Assembly (NCBI RefSeq): GCF_963921235.1
Contig: NC_086109.1
Location: 17,672,001 to 17,736,000, forward strand
Reading direction: 5' to 3'
Length of the DNA: 64,000 bases
Source: Mobula hypostoma
Taxonomy: Eukaryota
Below are positions 12,350 to 25,613 of the stretch, in pieces. Within the stretch, counting starts at the first letter, position 1, and each line of letters begins with the position of its first letter. A model generated the notes under the pieces. The model saw only the letters and a list, made by a program, of their open reading frames with translations. It had not been told where the DNA came from and searched no databases. The position numbers were made by a program, and so were the translations under genes.

Positions 12350-13501
12350 CTTAAGAAGGTAGCACTGAGCTGTCTTCTCAGACCAGTAGTTTCTGTCATA
12401 ATGATCTCTCATTAATCTTATTAAGTAATGTATACCGGGATCTTGGACTAGCAATGAAGGAGATGGTCAGGATGGTGAGCATTTGGTGAACCTGTGGGTG
12501 GTGAAGTTCCCACCTGCACATTGTCCTTCCTCTTTCAGCAGTTGAGATCACAGGTTTGGGGTGTGCTCTGGAAGACTTGGTGAACAGCCATGCTCTCCCG
12601 GTTGATGGAGAACACTGGCACCCTTGGTCAAGGATCAAGATGGCTGATGGGGTGCCACTCACAGGAGGTGTTCTGCCCTGGATGATGCCAAGATTCTTGG
12701 ATATTCTTGGAGCAACATTCTATCAGACAGCAGGGATTCCATCATAATCCTAGTATGATTGTCGATGGTAGAAAGGTGTTGAAAGGTTAAAAGTAGAGCC
12801 ATTCATTATAGAGGCCCACCTATATCAATACAGACTGCTAGGACATTAAGAGTAGGGGATTAAATGATGGTGCAGCATTGAAAGTGAAGGAGAAGGTGGT
12901 TAGACTCTTCCTACCATGTCGTTGCCTGCTCCAATATTAAAATGACCACGCATCACCATAAAAAAAGATAATGTTAGATTGGGTACAATTCAAGCATTCA
13001 GGTACACAGAGGATTGTTTGATGTTAGAGGTCGAACTGAGGTCCATTTGTGTTCTCACCTTGAGTCCAAGAAGCAAGCTGTTTTCATCTTCTGATTGACT
13101 GAGTCATGCTACAAAATTTTCTTCTTCCTGTGTAGTCAATCCCCCACCCTCTGCGAAAGAAGTCAATTTCATCCGAGCTCTGTGCAAAGATTCTCTAACT
13201 GAGAAATACGCGAAGCATGCTTCATGTCTGGAACAGTCCTGGATAAACTTCCTGAGCTCTGGATGGAGATTGTTGAGGAAAGCAAGATGAAGAATGTGCA
13301 AAGAAAGTCATTTTTTAAACTTAATCCTCACGTTACATGAAGGAGGAACAGGGTGATGATAGAATGTCATGCAGCTCAACTAGGATTGACCTACAAATTT
13401 TAAAACTTCTTAACTCCTTAAACATCTGACATGTGTAAAAAAAATACAGATTGCTTCACACAAAGTTCAATGCACACAGATATCGAAGGTTTCCTTTGAA
13501 C

Positions 13502-13580
13502 CAAGGGTTTGCAACCTATTTTATGCCATGAACCAATACCATTAAGCAAGGGGTCCATGAACCCCAGGTTGGAGCCCCTG
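13502..13580. mobile_element. hAT MITE of the same family as 12270-12349, opposite orientation
   Basis: Its reverse complement aligns with 12270-12349 along its length; TSD degenerate (ctttgaac/ttctggac). Confidence 0.75.
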
Positions 13581-13780
13581 TTCTGGACATTCATTCTTCA
13601 GTGTTGGGGAAGTGCTGGGTGTTGCCAAGAAATGGATTTGCCTTTCTCATGAGTTCTGACATCCAACAAGGGCTGAAGCCTTCTCTATCCAAAAGCAAAT
13701 GGCAGAAAATCTTGAATGAAGTGACCTCCAGCTGGCCTTTGGATGATATCTATCCATCCCACTCTGCATTTACCAAGTGC

Positions 13781-13974
13781 TTAGGAGTCTGTGAGGGAGA
13801 GAGCTTCGACGGCGCTGCTGGGGCCCTGCGACACGCCGCCAATCACAAAGAGGTGGTTCTTAAAGACGATGCTGGAACAGGTGCAGCGGGCGGTGGGCAA
13901 GGGCGGCAGCTTCTCCCACCGATTCTTCACTGGGTTCAAGGCTTCGGCTGAGCTCAGGACAGCTGGCTGGTCAC
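13781..13974 (-). CDS. klhdc8a: KLHDC8A-like last coding exon (194 nt incl. TAA)
   Basis: Acceptor ctgcctttcag|GT; (G)DQPAVLSSAEALNPVKNRWEKLPPLPTARCTCSSIVFKNHLFVIGGVSQGPSSAVEALSLTDS*. Joined CDS 376+165+216+102+194 = 1053 nt, 350 aa, no internal stops. Confidence 0.93.
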
Positions 13975-16900
13975 CTGAAAGGCAGACGCACCTCGTCACT
14001 CATCCTAACGCCTGCTCAGGTCCCAAGCAGTTTTACTGCTATTTGCCACCTGCTACCAAGAACGCAGTTAACCTAAAATGGAAGCTTAAGAATCAAAGTA
14101 TTCTGCCAGAGGCCTATATGGTAAAGAACATAGAACCGAACAGGTCAAGAACAGGCCTTTTGGCCCACCATGTCTGTACTGAACACTAATCCAAAATAAA
14201 CTAACTCTCTTCAGCCTGTACATGATCCAAGTCCCTCCGTTCCCTGCATAATCATGTGTCTATCTAAAGATCTATTAAAAACAACTAGCTTAACTCCTTC
14301 CATCATTCCCCCTGGTAGACCGTTCCAGGCAACAATTACTATGTAAAAAAAAAAGTAGCTTTACAGTTCCCCCTTGAACTTTCCTCCTCTCACTTTCCTC
14401 TCGTATCTGACATTTCTACTCTGGGAAAAGATTCTGACTGTCTTCCCTACTAAGTCTCTCATTTTAGGGTTGACACAGTAGCTTACTGATTAGTGCGTGC
14501 TATTGCAGTGCCAGTGACCCAGGCTTAATTCCCTTCACTGTCTGTAAGGAGTTAGTACATTCTCCCTATGACTGCGTGGGCTTCCTCCGAGTCCTCTGGT
14601 TTCCCCCCACATTCCAAAGACGTAGGGTTGAGTAGGTTAGTTGATTACATGGGTGTGTTTAGGCATTGTGGGTTCGTTGGGCTGGAAGGCCCTGTTACTC
14701 TGCTGTATCTCTAAAATTTAAAAAAAAATTAAATGTTATGAACTTCTATCAGGTCTTCTCTCAGTTTCCAACATTCTGGCGAAAACACCTCTGTATCCAT
14801 GAGGCAAACCTGACTTCCTCACCACCCAATCTATTTTTAATTTCCTTCATCCTTTAATACACAGTTCTTAACACTTTATTTTTTCTTATTATTGATATAT
14901 TGTTTAGCTTTGTTAATCAGTTATTTGATAATTTAATTCTTCATTGTACATATTGACATGTTGACTTGGTTACCTTAGTGTATTTTTTTGTTGATCTTTA
15001 ATAATAATTAATAAAAAGGATTTTAAAAATGAAAATACACAGTGGCTCACACTAGGTAATGCTCCACATGGTAACTCATTCCAGTTTCACTCATGTGGAT
15101 GCTTATACAAAAACCTTTAAAATAGTTGCACACTAATGCCACTTATCTCCGCAACAAATACAACGCAAGACCTGGAATGCCTTCCATACTCTGCCTTTTT
15201 CTGCCACTGTGTTCTTGCTCCCCACTTCCTTATCCATTTCCTTCCAGTGTCTCTGAACTCTCCTCTCGCTACTCCCTCCTGGTCCCATCTGTCCATCATC
15301 CCCCTGTTACTTTGCTGTCTCTCATGCTTCTGATGTTTTCTTCCTCCTGGTCCCAAGTCCACAGCTGTTCCACTCTCCAACACATGTTGTCTATCTCCCG
15401 CCAGCATGTACTCCCTTATAACATGCCCATCCATCCATCCTGTCTCAATGGCCATTGTCCTTCACATTTCTTGGGCCCATGTCCCTCACCTTCACTTCTG
15501 AGGCAACATCCATCATCAAAGCCCGGCACCATCGTTTGCAGCTACTATCAGGTAAGAGGTGCAGAAGCCTGAAGTCTCCCCCCACCCCCACCAGGTTGGA
15601 GAACAGCTACTTCCCTTCCACTATTCAGTTCTTGAACCAACCAGCACAACCCTGATCACTACCTCAGTACAGATACACTATGACCACTCTGCACTCCCAT
15701 TGACTTTTTCTGTTCTAATTGTGTTCCTTCTTGTATGATTTACGTTTATCTTCCTTGTCAATGTTAAGTACTCAATGCTCTGTGATGCTGCTGCAGGTAA
15801 GTTTTTTTAAATTACACCTGTGCACACGTGTATTTGCCCATATGACCATAAACTCAATTTCCTGTGCAGCAAGTCTCGGTTGCTCGCAAAACCTCCCTCT
15901 GGTGTGTGGGTGAATGGTAAAATCTACGGAGAGTTGAAGGGAATGTGCAGGGAATACAATGGGATTAATTCTTGTGGGCTGGCATGGATTCTATGGGCCA
16001 AAGGGCCTGTTTCTGTCCCCCACACACACTTCAATTCTCCCAGGTTATACCCCCCCCCACCCCCACCCCACCAACCAACATAGTGGGAAATCAGGAGATC
16101 TGTGGCCGGAAGGATCTGTTTCTTTGGTGATCTGTTATCAACAGTGTCAAAACGCAGGCAATGGTTGGAAAAACTAATAAGTTTAGCTTGCACTGAACTA
16201 CACTACATCAAGTGTTTAAAAGGATTGCGGGTGTTGCTCTGGATTTCCAGCATCTGCAGAATCTCGTGTCAAGGACTGAGAACTATGTTAAACACTAAAG
16301 CAATAGCTCTGTGTGGAGAATGGGTTGAGTCAATTCAGTTGTATGAAAACTGCTCTAGAGGGTTTCTCCACATCTCCCCACCTCCCCCCCATAATGTGTG
16401 GCTCAGAATCACACAGCAGGGAAACAGGCCCTTCAGTCCATCAAATCTATGCTGACCATCAACCATACTTTTACTCTGATCCAATATTACTCTCTCCATA
16501 ATGCCATCAGATCGCTCCAGGTTTTACCACCCACCTACATATTGGAGGATAATTTACCGATTCCAATCAACCTATCATTCTCCTTTTGACTACACTTCTT
16601 TGGGATGTGGGAGGAATCTGGAACACCCTGAGGAAAACCGAGCAGTCATAAGTAGAAGGGGAAATTTTCACATGGGCAGGAGCAGAGGCCAGGATTGAAC
16701 TCAGATCTCTGGAACTGTGAGGTGGCAGCTCCACAAATGGCCTGTGCCCAGTGGGGAATTTGTGCTTTTCCACTTTCCTGGGTCTCCTCACCTGCTGCAA
16801 CTTAATGGTATTATCTCAGATGACACTCCCGGTACAGTGTCGGAAAGTTGCACTATTAGAAAAGTTTATTTTTTTATTATTAAAGTTAATGTTAGATAAA

Positions 16901-18214
16901 GACCTGATCTCAGGTGAAAACAAATATCATCAGGGCAATTCTCTCCAATCCTGACCAATCTGTCAACATCAGCAGGAGGAGGACAGATTCAGTAGACCAT
17001 TTGAGTACGTGATGAGAAAGCTGGTTGGAGTCCAATCTAGATGTATCCCCCACATCAGTGAACATGTCCTGCCGATTGATTTGTTTCTCTTGGCCTCTAG
17101 CATCCTCTGCTGGTGTCAGCCTGGAATTGCATGTGGCTGAGGTTTGAGGCCAGCCATTTATTTTCACGAAATACGCACACATCCTGCTGGTTCTGAGTCT
17201 TCTAAGTCAGTCCTCCCCTTTGGGAAAGTGAATGAGGGGACAGGCATACATCTTAAGGCAATATAAAATAGAACATAAACCAGTACAGTGCAATGCAGGT
17301 TCTCTGGCCCATGATATTGTGCCAACCTTTTGACCATTTTCTATGATCAATCTAACACTTCCCTCCCCCATAGTGCTCTATTTTTTTTGTCCATGTGCCT
17401 ATCTAAGAGTCTCTTAAATCTTACTAATGTATCTGCTTCTACCACCACCCCTGGCAGTGCGTTCCATGCACATTCCACTCTCTGTGTGAAAAACACACCT
17501 CTAACATTCCTTCTATACTTTCCTACAATTACCTAAAAATTATGCCTCCTTGTATTAGCCATAACTGCCTTGGGAAAAAGCCTCTGGCTGTGGCTGTCTA
17601 CTCTAACTATGCCTCTTATCATCTTGTACACCTCTATCACAGTCACCTCTCATCCTTCTTTCCTCCAAAGAGAATAGCCCTAGCTCTCTCAACCTTTCCT
17701 CATAAGACATGCTTTCTAATGAGAGAGGAGAAGGGGGCTAACACATTTTTTGAATTCCTTTACTTCCATCTGGTATTTATATCTTGCAAAGTTCAAAGAT
17801 AACTTATTTGCTTCTTGAGTTGGGGTCGTTGAGGTTGACTCCCATTCTGAAGATTTGGACACTTGATCTAATCTGGTCTCTGAAGCTCCCAAATCTGAGG
17901 TCAATGACTATATATAACTGCTCACATCTTCTTTTTGACTGGGAAGGTAAACTGCCATCCTTACCCAGTCTGGGCTATATGTTCCTGCCAACATCTTTGA
18001 CTGTTGTAATCAGTTCCCCCGGGTCACATTCTCCTTCCCTTTCCCCCATAGTCCACTCTCCTCTCCTATCAGATTCCTTCTTCTTCAGCATTTTACCTTT
18101 CCCTACATCTACATGGAAAAGAAGGCATACTAGAAATGGTGCTTGATATGGAAGAGCTTTAAATGTAGTTCAAAGGTTGGAATTACTGAAGAATAATGCT
18201 AGTGACTGACTTAC

Positions 18215-18316
18215 CCAGTCCTCCAGCCACAATGACCCTTCCCTGGAGATACGCAGCCACAAAGTCGGCCCTCTTAGTCTTCATGTTTAAGCGACGTGTT
18301 GTCTTTATCCAGCTTC
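18215..18316 (-). CDS. klhdc8a: KLHDC8A-like coding exon 4 (102 nt)
   Basis: Acceptor ctgcccag|GA, donor CTGG|GTAAGT; (G)SWIKTTRRLNMKTKRADFVAAYLQGRVIVAGGL. Confidence 0.93.
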
Positions 18317-18934
18317 CTGGGCAGTAAGTGGGGTGTGAGCAGAGAGCATAAGGAACATACGAGCAAGAAATGGCAGAGGGAGAGAAGGAGAGAGGGAGAA
18401 AGTAAAGGAAAAGGGGAGAGAAAAGAAAGGAAATTGAGAGATTGGATAGAGGACATAAAAGAGGAAGGCAATTCACATGAACCACCAGTTGATAAACTCT
18501 TGCTGATCTATCTTACATCCATTTTCCCACTCTACATCTATTTTCCTTAATTCTCTCAGTGGATGGCCTAAGTAAATAAAAAGTATTCCAGTTTTTTTAT
18601 TTACTCAAGCTTACAAAGATTTACAGTCTAAAGAGAAGAAAATTTCCCATTGCTTACCATGAGATTATGATTAGTAGTTCTAAACTCTGCTTCGTGTCCA
18701 TCCTGTCAATTCTCAAATCATTTCTCAGTCTTCAAAAGTTCTCAGAGCCCATTCTATTCTTTCTTTCTTCAAAGGGAAAGCCTCTCATTCCATTAATCAA
18801 TCTAATTTCTTCTTTGCAGCCCCTCCAAAGCACATCAAGAGACAAAAAATGTTTTCCAAGGAGCAAAAGACAAGAGATTTGGTGATAGTGTTCAACTCCA
18901 TACACTGGACCTTTTTTTTGGTATTTCCTGGGGG

Positions 18935-19172
18935 AGGCATTGCAGCGTAGTGGTTAGCGTAGCACTACTACAGCGCCAGTGACCCAGAATCAATTCTGCT
19001 GCCGTCTGTAAGGAGTTTATATGTTCTCCCCATGACCGCGTGGGTTTCCTCCAGGTGCTCCGGTTTCCTCCCACAGTCCGGAGACGTATGGATTATTTGG
19101 TCACAGGAGTGTAACTGGGGCGGCATGGACTCACTGGGGCAGGAAGGTCTGTATCTCTAAGTAAATAAATAA
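18935..19172 (+). mobile_element. V-SINE/HE1-type SINE
   Basis: tRNA-like head, conserved core gggtttcctcc(a/g)ggtgctccggtttcctcccaca and a (taaa)n tail. Further copies lie at about 850-1010(-), 14467-14716(+), 16560-16740(-), 20160-20420(+), 21376-21605(+), 25960-26230(-), 42400-42720(+) and 46140-46300(+). Confidence 0.8.
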
Positions 19173-20737
19173 ATGTACGTTGAAGACCATTAATAGTCTG
19201 CAAATAATTCCTGGCCTGACTGTTGGTTAATTTTAGAAACACTGAACTGGTTTGGGCTATTTTAGGAAGATGGAATCATCCTGGGCTCTAGCTCCTGAGC
19301 ACGAATCAGTAACTCTGCTTGGAACTCCATATAAACTGCTCTGTGCTACTAAGAATTTCCACACGTCATCACTAACCTCTGTCAAAACCGCCTACACTAG
19401 ATCCAATCAGTCTGGACCTCCATTATTGCAGTATCAACCAACTAGTTGCTTTATATAACAATAATTTCCATTTAGAAATGGTCTCTATTTCTGAATATAA
19501 CACTCCTTACGTATTGCACTGTATTGCTGCTGAAAAAAAAACAAATTTCATAACGTAAGTCACTGATAATAAACTGGATTCTGATTCTAAATGGAAACCA
19601 TTTTTTAAAAACCAGCTAGATATTCATCTTCTCATTAGGCCTACCACAGTTGGTATGTCCCACAATTTTTGTGACTGCAGGTCGGTACTACTTTAACAAT
19701 ACTAGCATTTGACTAATTGCTGACATTGTTACAGTGTAAAGCTTGCCAAAAGTCCCTTGTTTGTGTGGGATTCAGTTTGCAGGAGCCAAGACATAATTTC
19801 TCTAAACTCCCTTTGTTCAACAAATTTCACCCTATCTAAATTGAGACATTGTGATATCTGCAATAGGCCAAGTAGTCTGACTGCTTCCTCTCCTGGAGCC
19901 CATAAGAGCCCAAACTGAGAACCAAGACTCGTGTTGGATCACACGCCACATGTCAAATTGGTTGCATCCCTGGATCAAAGCAATCAGCTGCAGATCATCG
20001 AGGGATATGTATTGGAAGAAATAATAATTTCTAAGAGTACAACACACAACAGATTCAATTTAAACATTTTAATTTGGAAGAGGAGGAGGCATACCCTTCT
20101 CTGTAGGGAAGATGGCTGTGGACGTCCCAGGATTGTGGTAACCGAGTTTTGTCCCTATATGGGGCACCACAGTGGCGTAGAGGTTAGTCAGATGCTATTA
20201 CAGCTCGAAGCATTGCAGTTCGATTCTGGCGCCGTCTGTTCTCCCCGTGGATGCATCGATTTGCTCTGGCTGCTCCCACATTTCAAAGACATACTGATTA
20301 GTAGGGTAATTGGTCATTGTAAATTGTCTTGTGATTAGGCCAGGGTTAAAAAGATCGGTTGCTGGACAGTGTGGTTTGTTGGACTAGAAGGGCTTGTTCT
20401 GCGCTGTACCTCTAAGTAAATAGAAGTTTTGCACCTCCTACAGTCGCAGGGGGAAGTGCCAGTAGATGGGGAGGTGTAAGATGGGTGGCTCAGCGCTTGG
20501 TCCCCGCAGATAGGTGGTGAAGTAGGGGAAGACTGGGCCGGTGGTGATACCACCTGCTGCTGGTGCTGATGGTGAAGGATGAGGTGAAACGTGAGGACCA
20601 AGGGAACTTCGTTTTATTTGGGGAGGGAGTGGAGGGGTAAGAGTGAAAGTGTAGGAAATGGAGGGAACGCTAGGCCGCCAGAAGCCGTGTGGCCTGCATC
20701 TGCATCTGCTTCTGTTTCTTGTGAAGCCCATACGTAC

Positions 20738-20953
20738 CCTGCTCAATGTCAAACACCTCCACGGTCCTGACGAACTTGGGCTTCCTGTAGCCCCGAGCCT
20801 GCTGGAGGCCTCCCAGAGCCAGGAAGCTCTCCTCAGTCATCACGTAGCTCGAGAAGGATCGCCGGCAGGGGATGCTGGGAAACTTGGCCCACGACCTTGC
20901 CTCGGTGTCAAAGACTTCAAAGGCGGTGACTGGATTTTTTGCTTGCCTCCCAC
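20738..20953 (-). CDS. klhdc8a: KLHDC8A-like coding exon 3 (216 nt)
   Basis: Absent from the ORF track and translated by hand: (G)GRQAKNPVTAFEVFDTEARSWAKFPSIPCRRSFSSYVMTEESFLALGGLQQARGYRKPKFVRTVEVFDIEQ; acceptor ttttctttctgggtag|GT, donor CAGG|GTACGT. Confidence 0.92.
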
Positions 20954-21671
20954 CTACCCAGAAAGAAAACAGCTGTTATCCTCGTTCCACGCTGCAAGGA
21001 GACATTAGGCTTCAACAGTCTTGACAGCTTCCAATGTGGCAGGAAGGCCAAGCCATGCAGGAAAAGTACAGAGCAGCTTATCACACACCCAAGCAATTCA
21101 TGAACAGCACTGAGGGAATGCTTCACGGTGATAGGTGCCACCTCCGAGAGGAAGCTGTGTAAAATATCCCACAGCAATTTAGTAAAGCGGGCTAGTTGTT
21201 CTTGGTGTCTGTACCCACATCAACACCATTACAGTACCTCATCACAGTCAGAGTTGTGAGGGTTTGCTGTGTGCAGACCGGTCGGCATTTCTCACCTTAG
21301 AACAATGTTTTCACTTCAAACAGCGCATTAGCGGCAATGCAGGAAGTGCAGCCTGAAGATGCATGGTACAGCACGGGGCGGAACAGTAGCATGGTGGTTA
21401 GAGCAATGTTGTTAGAGGTTCGATTCCACCGCAGTCTGTAAGGAGTTTGTATGTTCTCCCTCTGACTGCATGAGCTTTCAACCGGGTGCCATGGTTTCCA
21501 AAGATGTGTGGGTTAGTGGGTTAATTGGTCACATGGATATAGTAATTGGGCACTGCAGGCTCGCTGGGCTGGAAGGGCCTGTCACTGTGCTGTATCTCTA
21601 AGTAAAGAAAAAGATTGGGAAAAGGCAGCACAGCAAAATGAAGCTTTCCTTCTTGAAGCGTCAAGACTCAC

Positions 21672-21836
21672 CAAACACGTAGATCTTTCCGCCTTGGAGA
21701 AAGGTGCTGGCTGCGTACCTGGGCGTGGGCATGGGAGGAAGCGTGTGCCAAATGTCACTCGCGATGTCGTACTGCTGCAGGCGGGCTTGTGGATGCGTGT
21801 CCGACCCCATTCCACCCACTGCGTACACCTGGCCGT
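21672..21836 (-). CDS. klhdc8a: KLHDC8A-like coding exon 2 (165 nt)
   Basis: Acceptor ttgccag|AC, donor TTTG|GTGAGT; (D)GQVYAVGGMGSDTHPQARLQQYDIASDIWHTLPPMPTPRYAASTFLQGGKIYVF; in frame with exon 1. Confidence 0.93.
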
Positions 21837-23865
21837 CTGGCAACACACAAGTCACGAGGTTCATGGCAAGTTTCAATTCACTGTTGCACAGCCAGGTGTA
21901 AACCTGAACTGTCCTCACAACTCACTCCTTCCCACACTACTGGTGGTCACTTCTCAGTATTAACCACTTTCTAGTGCTCTGTCACCTCCCCTTACAACTA
22001 AATTTCGATGGTGAGCCCAGATATCAAGTCCATTGGATTGCAGGATTAATCCCAGCCCGTCACGTTTGATGTGCATACACATGAAAAAGAAGCTTATATT
22101 TATATAATATCTTCCATGCCATCAGTGTTTCACATCCACTGAACTTGTGAAGTATATTCAGTGTCATCCAAATGCAATCAATAGGACAGGCAACTGTCAA
22201 TTTGGCCATAGCAAGCTCCCACAGAGAGTACTGTGATAAGGGACAAATCTGATTTACTAGACAGATGCTGAAGAATAAATTTGGCTGAGCGTTTTCAGGC
22301 TCGACTTCATAACATGAAGGATCAGAGGAATATGGATCATGGGCTGGCAGATGGGATTAGCTACATTGGCATCAAGGTCAGCACCAGCATTGTGGACCGA
22401 AGGGCTTGTTTCTTTGCTGTACTATTTTATGCTCTTAATAGTGCCATTGGTTTTTATATCTATGATTTCATCTGAATTACTGCACATTGGACAGTGTCGC
22501 ACTCCTCAGTACTGCTATAGATGACATTTTGTATGTGCCAGGAAGCCACAACCTTAAACCTCATGGTGAGTCATGGTTGTCACCTTACAGGGAGCATCAG
22601 CAACTTTAAGTCCCCCCGGTGTTATCATTTAAAAGGATCTGTCCTGAGCCCTGCACATACGTGCAATTACCAACAAAGGACGGAAATGCCTCTACTTTCT
22701 CACAAGCTTGCAAAGATTTCGCAATCACCTAAAACTTTGACAAACCTCTATAGACGTGCGGTGGAGAGTGTACTGATTGGTTGCGTCACGGCCTGGTATG
22801 GAAACACCAATGCCCTTGAACGGAAAATCTACAAAAAGTAGCGGATACAGCCCAGTTCGTCAAGGGCAAAGCCTTCCTCACCACCAAGCAGGTCTACATG
22901 GAGCGTTGTCACAGGAAAACAGTACCCATCATCAAAGACCCTCACCGTCCAGGCCATGCTCTCTGCTTGCTGCTGCTGTCAGGACGAGGTACAGGGGTGC
23001 AGAAGTTTCAGAACTCACAACACCAGGTTCATGCTGAACCATCAGGCTCTTGAACCAAAGAGGACAACTTCACTCACCCCATCACCGAACTGTTCCCATA
23101 ACCTATGGACTCTTCGTCTCATGTTCTCGATATGTGTTGCTTATTTATTTATCATTATTATTTCTTTGTACTACTGTGAATGCCTGATAGAAAATGAATC
23201 TCAGGGTAGTATACGGTGACATATATTTACTTTGATAATAAATTTACTTTGGACTTTGAAATTATATGTCTGTGTCAAGAAAGTGATTCAACTACCAAAC
23301 AGCTGGGACGGTGCAGTAGCCAGATGTCTCCTCCTGTGAGGATATTGTATCGGTGGCAATGCAACAGTGTTCCACTGAATTTAGTAAGGAAAGTCCATGT
23401 GGGTTTTGGGATGGGTGGTGGTGGTGGCTCCTGTTTGCTTTAATAAGAAGAGCAGTAGAAATTAGTGCCTTCCAGGGAGGGGTGCAACAGGTGTGTTTAG
23501 CATTGCTGGTGTAGATGGAGGTGAGAAGGCAGCTAGTATCATTCACTGCAAGTTGTCTACCATGCTAATAAGGCTTGATTATGATAACAGGAACCTCATT
23601 ACATCTTCTTCAGTAACCCCGGAAACACGTAGCACAGATTCAGCCCATTGTGCCTCTTTGAAAGAGCTATCAGTTGGCCCAAGTTCAATGTTCCATACAC
23701 ATAGTCTGTACTGCTTTCTGTTTTAAAGTTTATCTGATTCCATAAGGCCACAAAACCACAAGATATAGGAACAGAATTAGGCCAATGGTTCACCGAGTCT
23801 TCCCTGCCATTTCATTATCTGCGATAAATTTAATTATCCATGTCCCTCTCAGCCCCAGCTCCTGC

Positions 23866-24290
23866 CTTAAGACCATAAGACAAAGGAGCACAAGTCGGCC
23901 ATTTGGCCCATCGAGTTTGCGCCGCCATTTTATCACGAGCTGATCCATTCTCCCATTTAGTCCCACTCCCCTGCCTTCTCCCCATATCCCTTCATGCCCT
24001 GATTAATCAAGAATCTATCAACCTCTGCCTCAAATATATCCCGTGGCTTCGCCTCCACAGCTGCCTTGGTTACAAATTCCACAGTTTCACCACTTTTTAG
24101 CTCAAGAAATTCCTCCTCATCTCCATTCTAAATGGATGTCCCTCTATTCTGAGGCTGTGTCCTCTGGTCTTAGACTCCCCCACCATAGGAAACATCCTCT
24201 CCACATCCACTCTATTGAGGCCTTTCACCATTCCATAGGTTTCAATATTCTTCTGAATTTCACTGAGAGCCATCAAACGCTCTTCATATG
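23866..24290 (-). mobile_element. CR1 LINE 3' fragment
   Basis: VDVERMFPMVGESKTRGHSL...EMRRNF and a taagaccataagac tail. Other CR1 pieces lie at about 1020-1260, 3790-3950, 14125-14460, 17270-17715, 33210-33535, 47300-47660 and 56130-56510. Confidence 0.8.
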
Positions 24291-24539
24291 AAGGAGCATT
24301 TATGAAGTTACTGTTGAGCCTAATTCCACTACACTTTCGGGCAGGGAAAGTCTGATCATCACAATCTGCAGTGCGAAGGAGAATTCCGCATCCCCTCTGT
24401 GCCACTGCTCCTTCATCCAAGTCCTCAGGTTGCCATCACTCCCTCAGTAATCTACCAAAAGATCACCAGACATAGGAGCAAAATTAGCCCATTCAGCCCG
24501 TCAAGTCTGCTTCAACTGGTTGATTTATTTCAAACCCTA

Positions 24540-25045
24540 CTCTACTGCCCTCGCCCCATGACCATTAACCCTCTCGATGGTGAGAGAGAGTTTGCTGCTG
24601 ATCCTCGAGTCAGAGAAACTCAAAGTATAGCAACATTGCAGACTGCGGCATCGAAACAGTGAACTGTTGATCTCCCCTCTCGCTGTGGAAGGGGCAACAT
24701 CTCTCTCTCCTTTGTTAGTGACCGAGGGAGCCTGTGGCATGTCACAGTGCTGGCTTATGGACACTAGCTCCTAATGGACTATAGATCATGGTCTTTGGGG
24801 ACCTGCTACTGCTTGGTGGGTAGTGGTGGGGGCTGATGCTTCCTGCTGGAGCAAGAGGGGGAGGGGGAAAGGGGAGGGTTGATGCTTTGCTGCTGCTTGT
24901 GCGTGTGGGGGTGGGGAGAGGGACTTTGGGGTTCTTACATTTTTCTGACATTCATTCTTTGGGGTTGCTTCCGTTTTGCGGATGTCTGTGAAGAGTAAGA
25001 GTTTCAGGTTGTATACATTCTCTGATATTAAATAGAACCATTGAA
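24540..25045 (+). repeat. Non-autonomous repeat inserted in a CR1 3' fragment
   Basis: Ends gttgtatacattctctgatattaaatagaaccattgaa (LINE-like tail); CR1-like sequence on both sides. Confidence 0.45.
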
Positions 25046-25237
25046 TCTCTGTCTTTAATGTATCTGATGACCTGGCCCCCACAGTTGTCTGCGGCAACAT
25101 ATTCCACCCCCTGGTTGAAGAAATTCCTCCTCATAACTGTGAGTATCAGTAATTAGCCTCCCGTGATTTTACCCACTCTAAGCAATCTTGCCTTCTCTAC
25201 ATATTCCTGAGATCTCTCGTCACTCTTGTGCAATTAC

Positions 25238-25613
25238 CTTTGACAATCACGGAGACACCCATGGCAGCTTCGCACAAGGAATTCCTCTTTTCCCACTTGC
25301 CTTCTTCCACGTTGTACATCTCCACCGTAGAGAGGGGACTCCGCTGAACTCCCATGCCACCAATCACCAGGATCCGCTTCCCCAGGGGAGCCACAGCCAC
25401 GCCTGCTCTTACTGTGGGCATCGGTGGCAGGGTGGTCCACTGATCAGCTTCTGGAGAGTAGACTTCACAGATGTTCATGGGGGACCCGCTCTCATCACAG
25501 CCCCCGATGAGGTAGAGTTGTCCCCCACTCTCCACAGGGCTGCAGTAGACTCGACCGACGGCCAAGGGTGCCAGGGACTGCCAGTGGAATGACCTGGTGC
25601 TGGGCACGGACAT
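25238..25613 (-). CDS. klhdc8a: KLHDC8A-like kelch domain protein, coding exon 1 (376 nt)
   Basis: gccATG start at 25613; reads MSVPSTRSFHWQSLAPLAVGRVYCSPVESGGQLYLIGGCDESG...EVYSPEADQWTTLPPMPTVRAG...AAMGVSVIVK with kelch GG/Y/W motifs; donor AAAG|GTAATT, phase 1. A probable acceptor (tttcttctttacag) puts the exon start at 25762, including 5'UTR. Confidence 0.93.
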
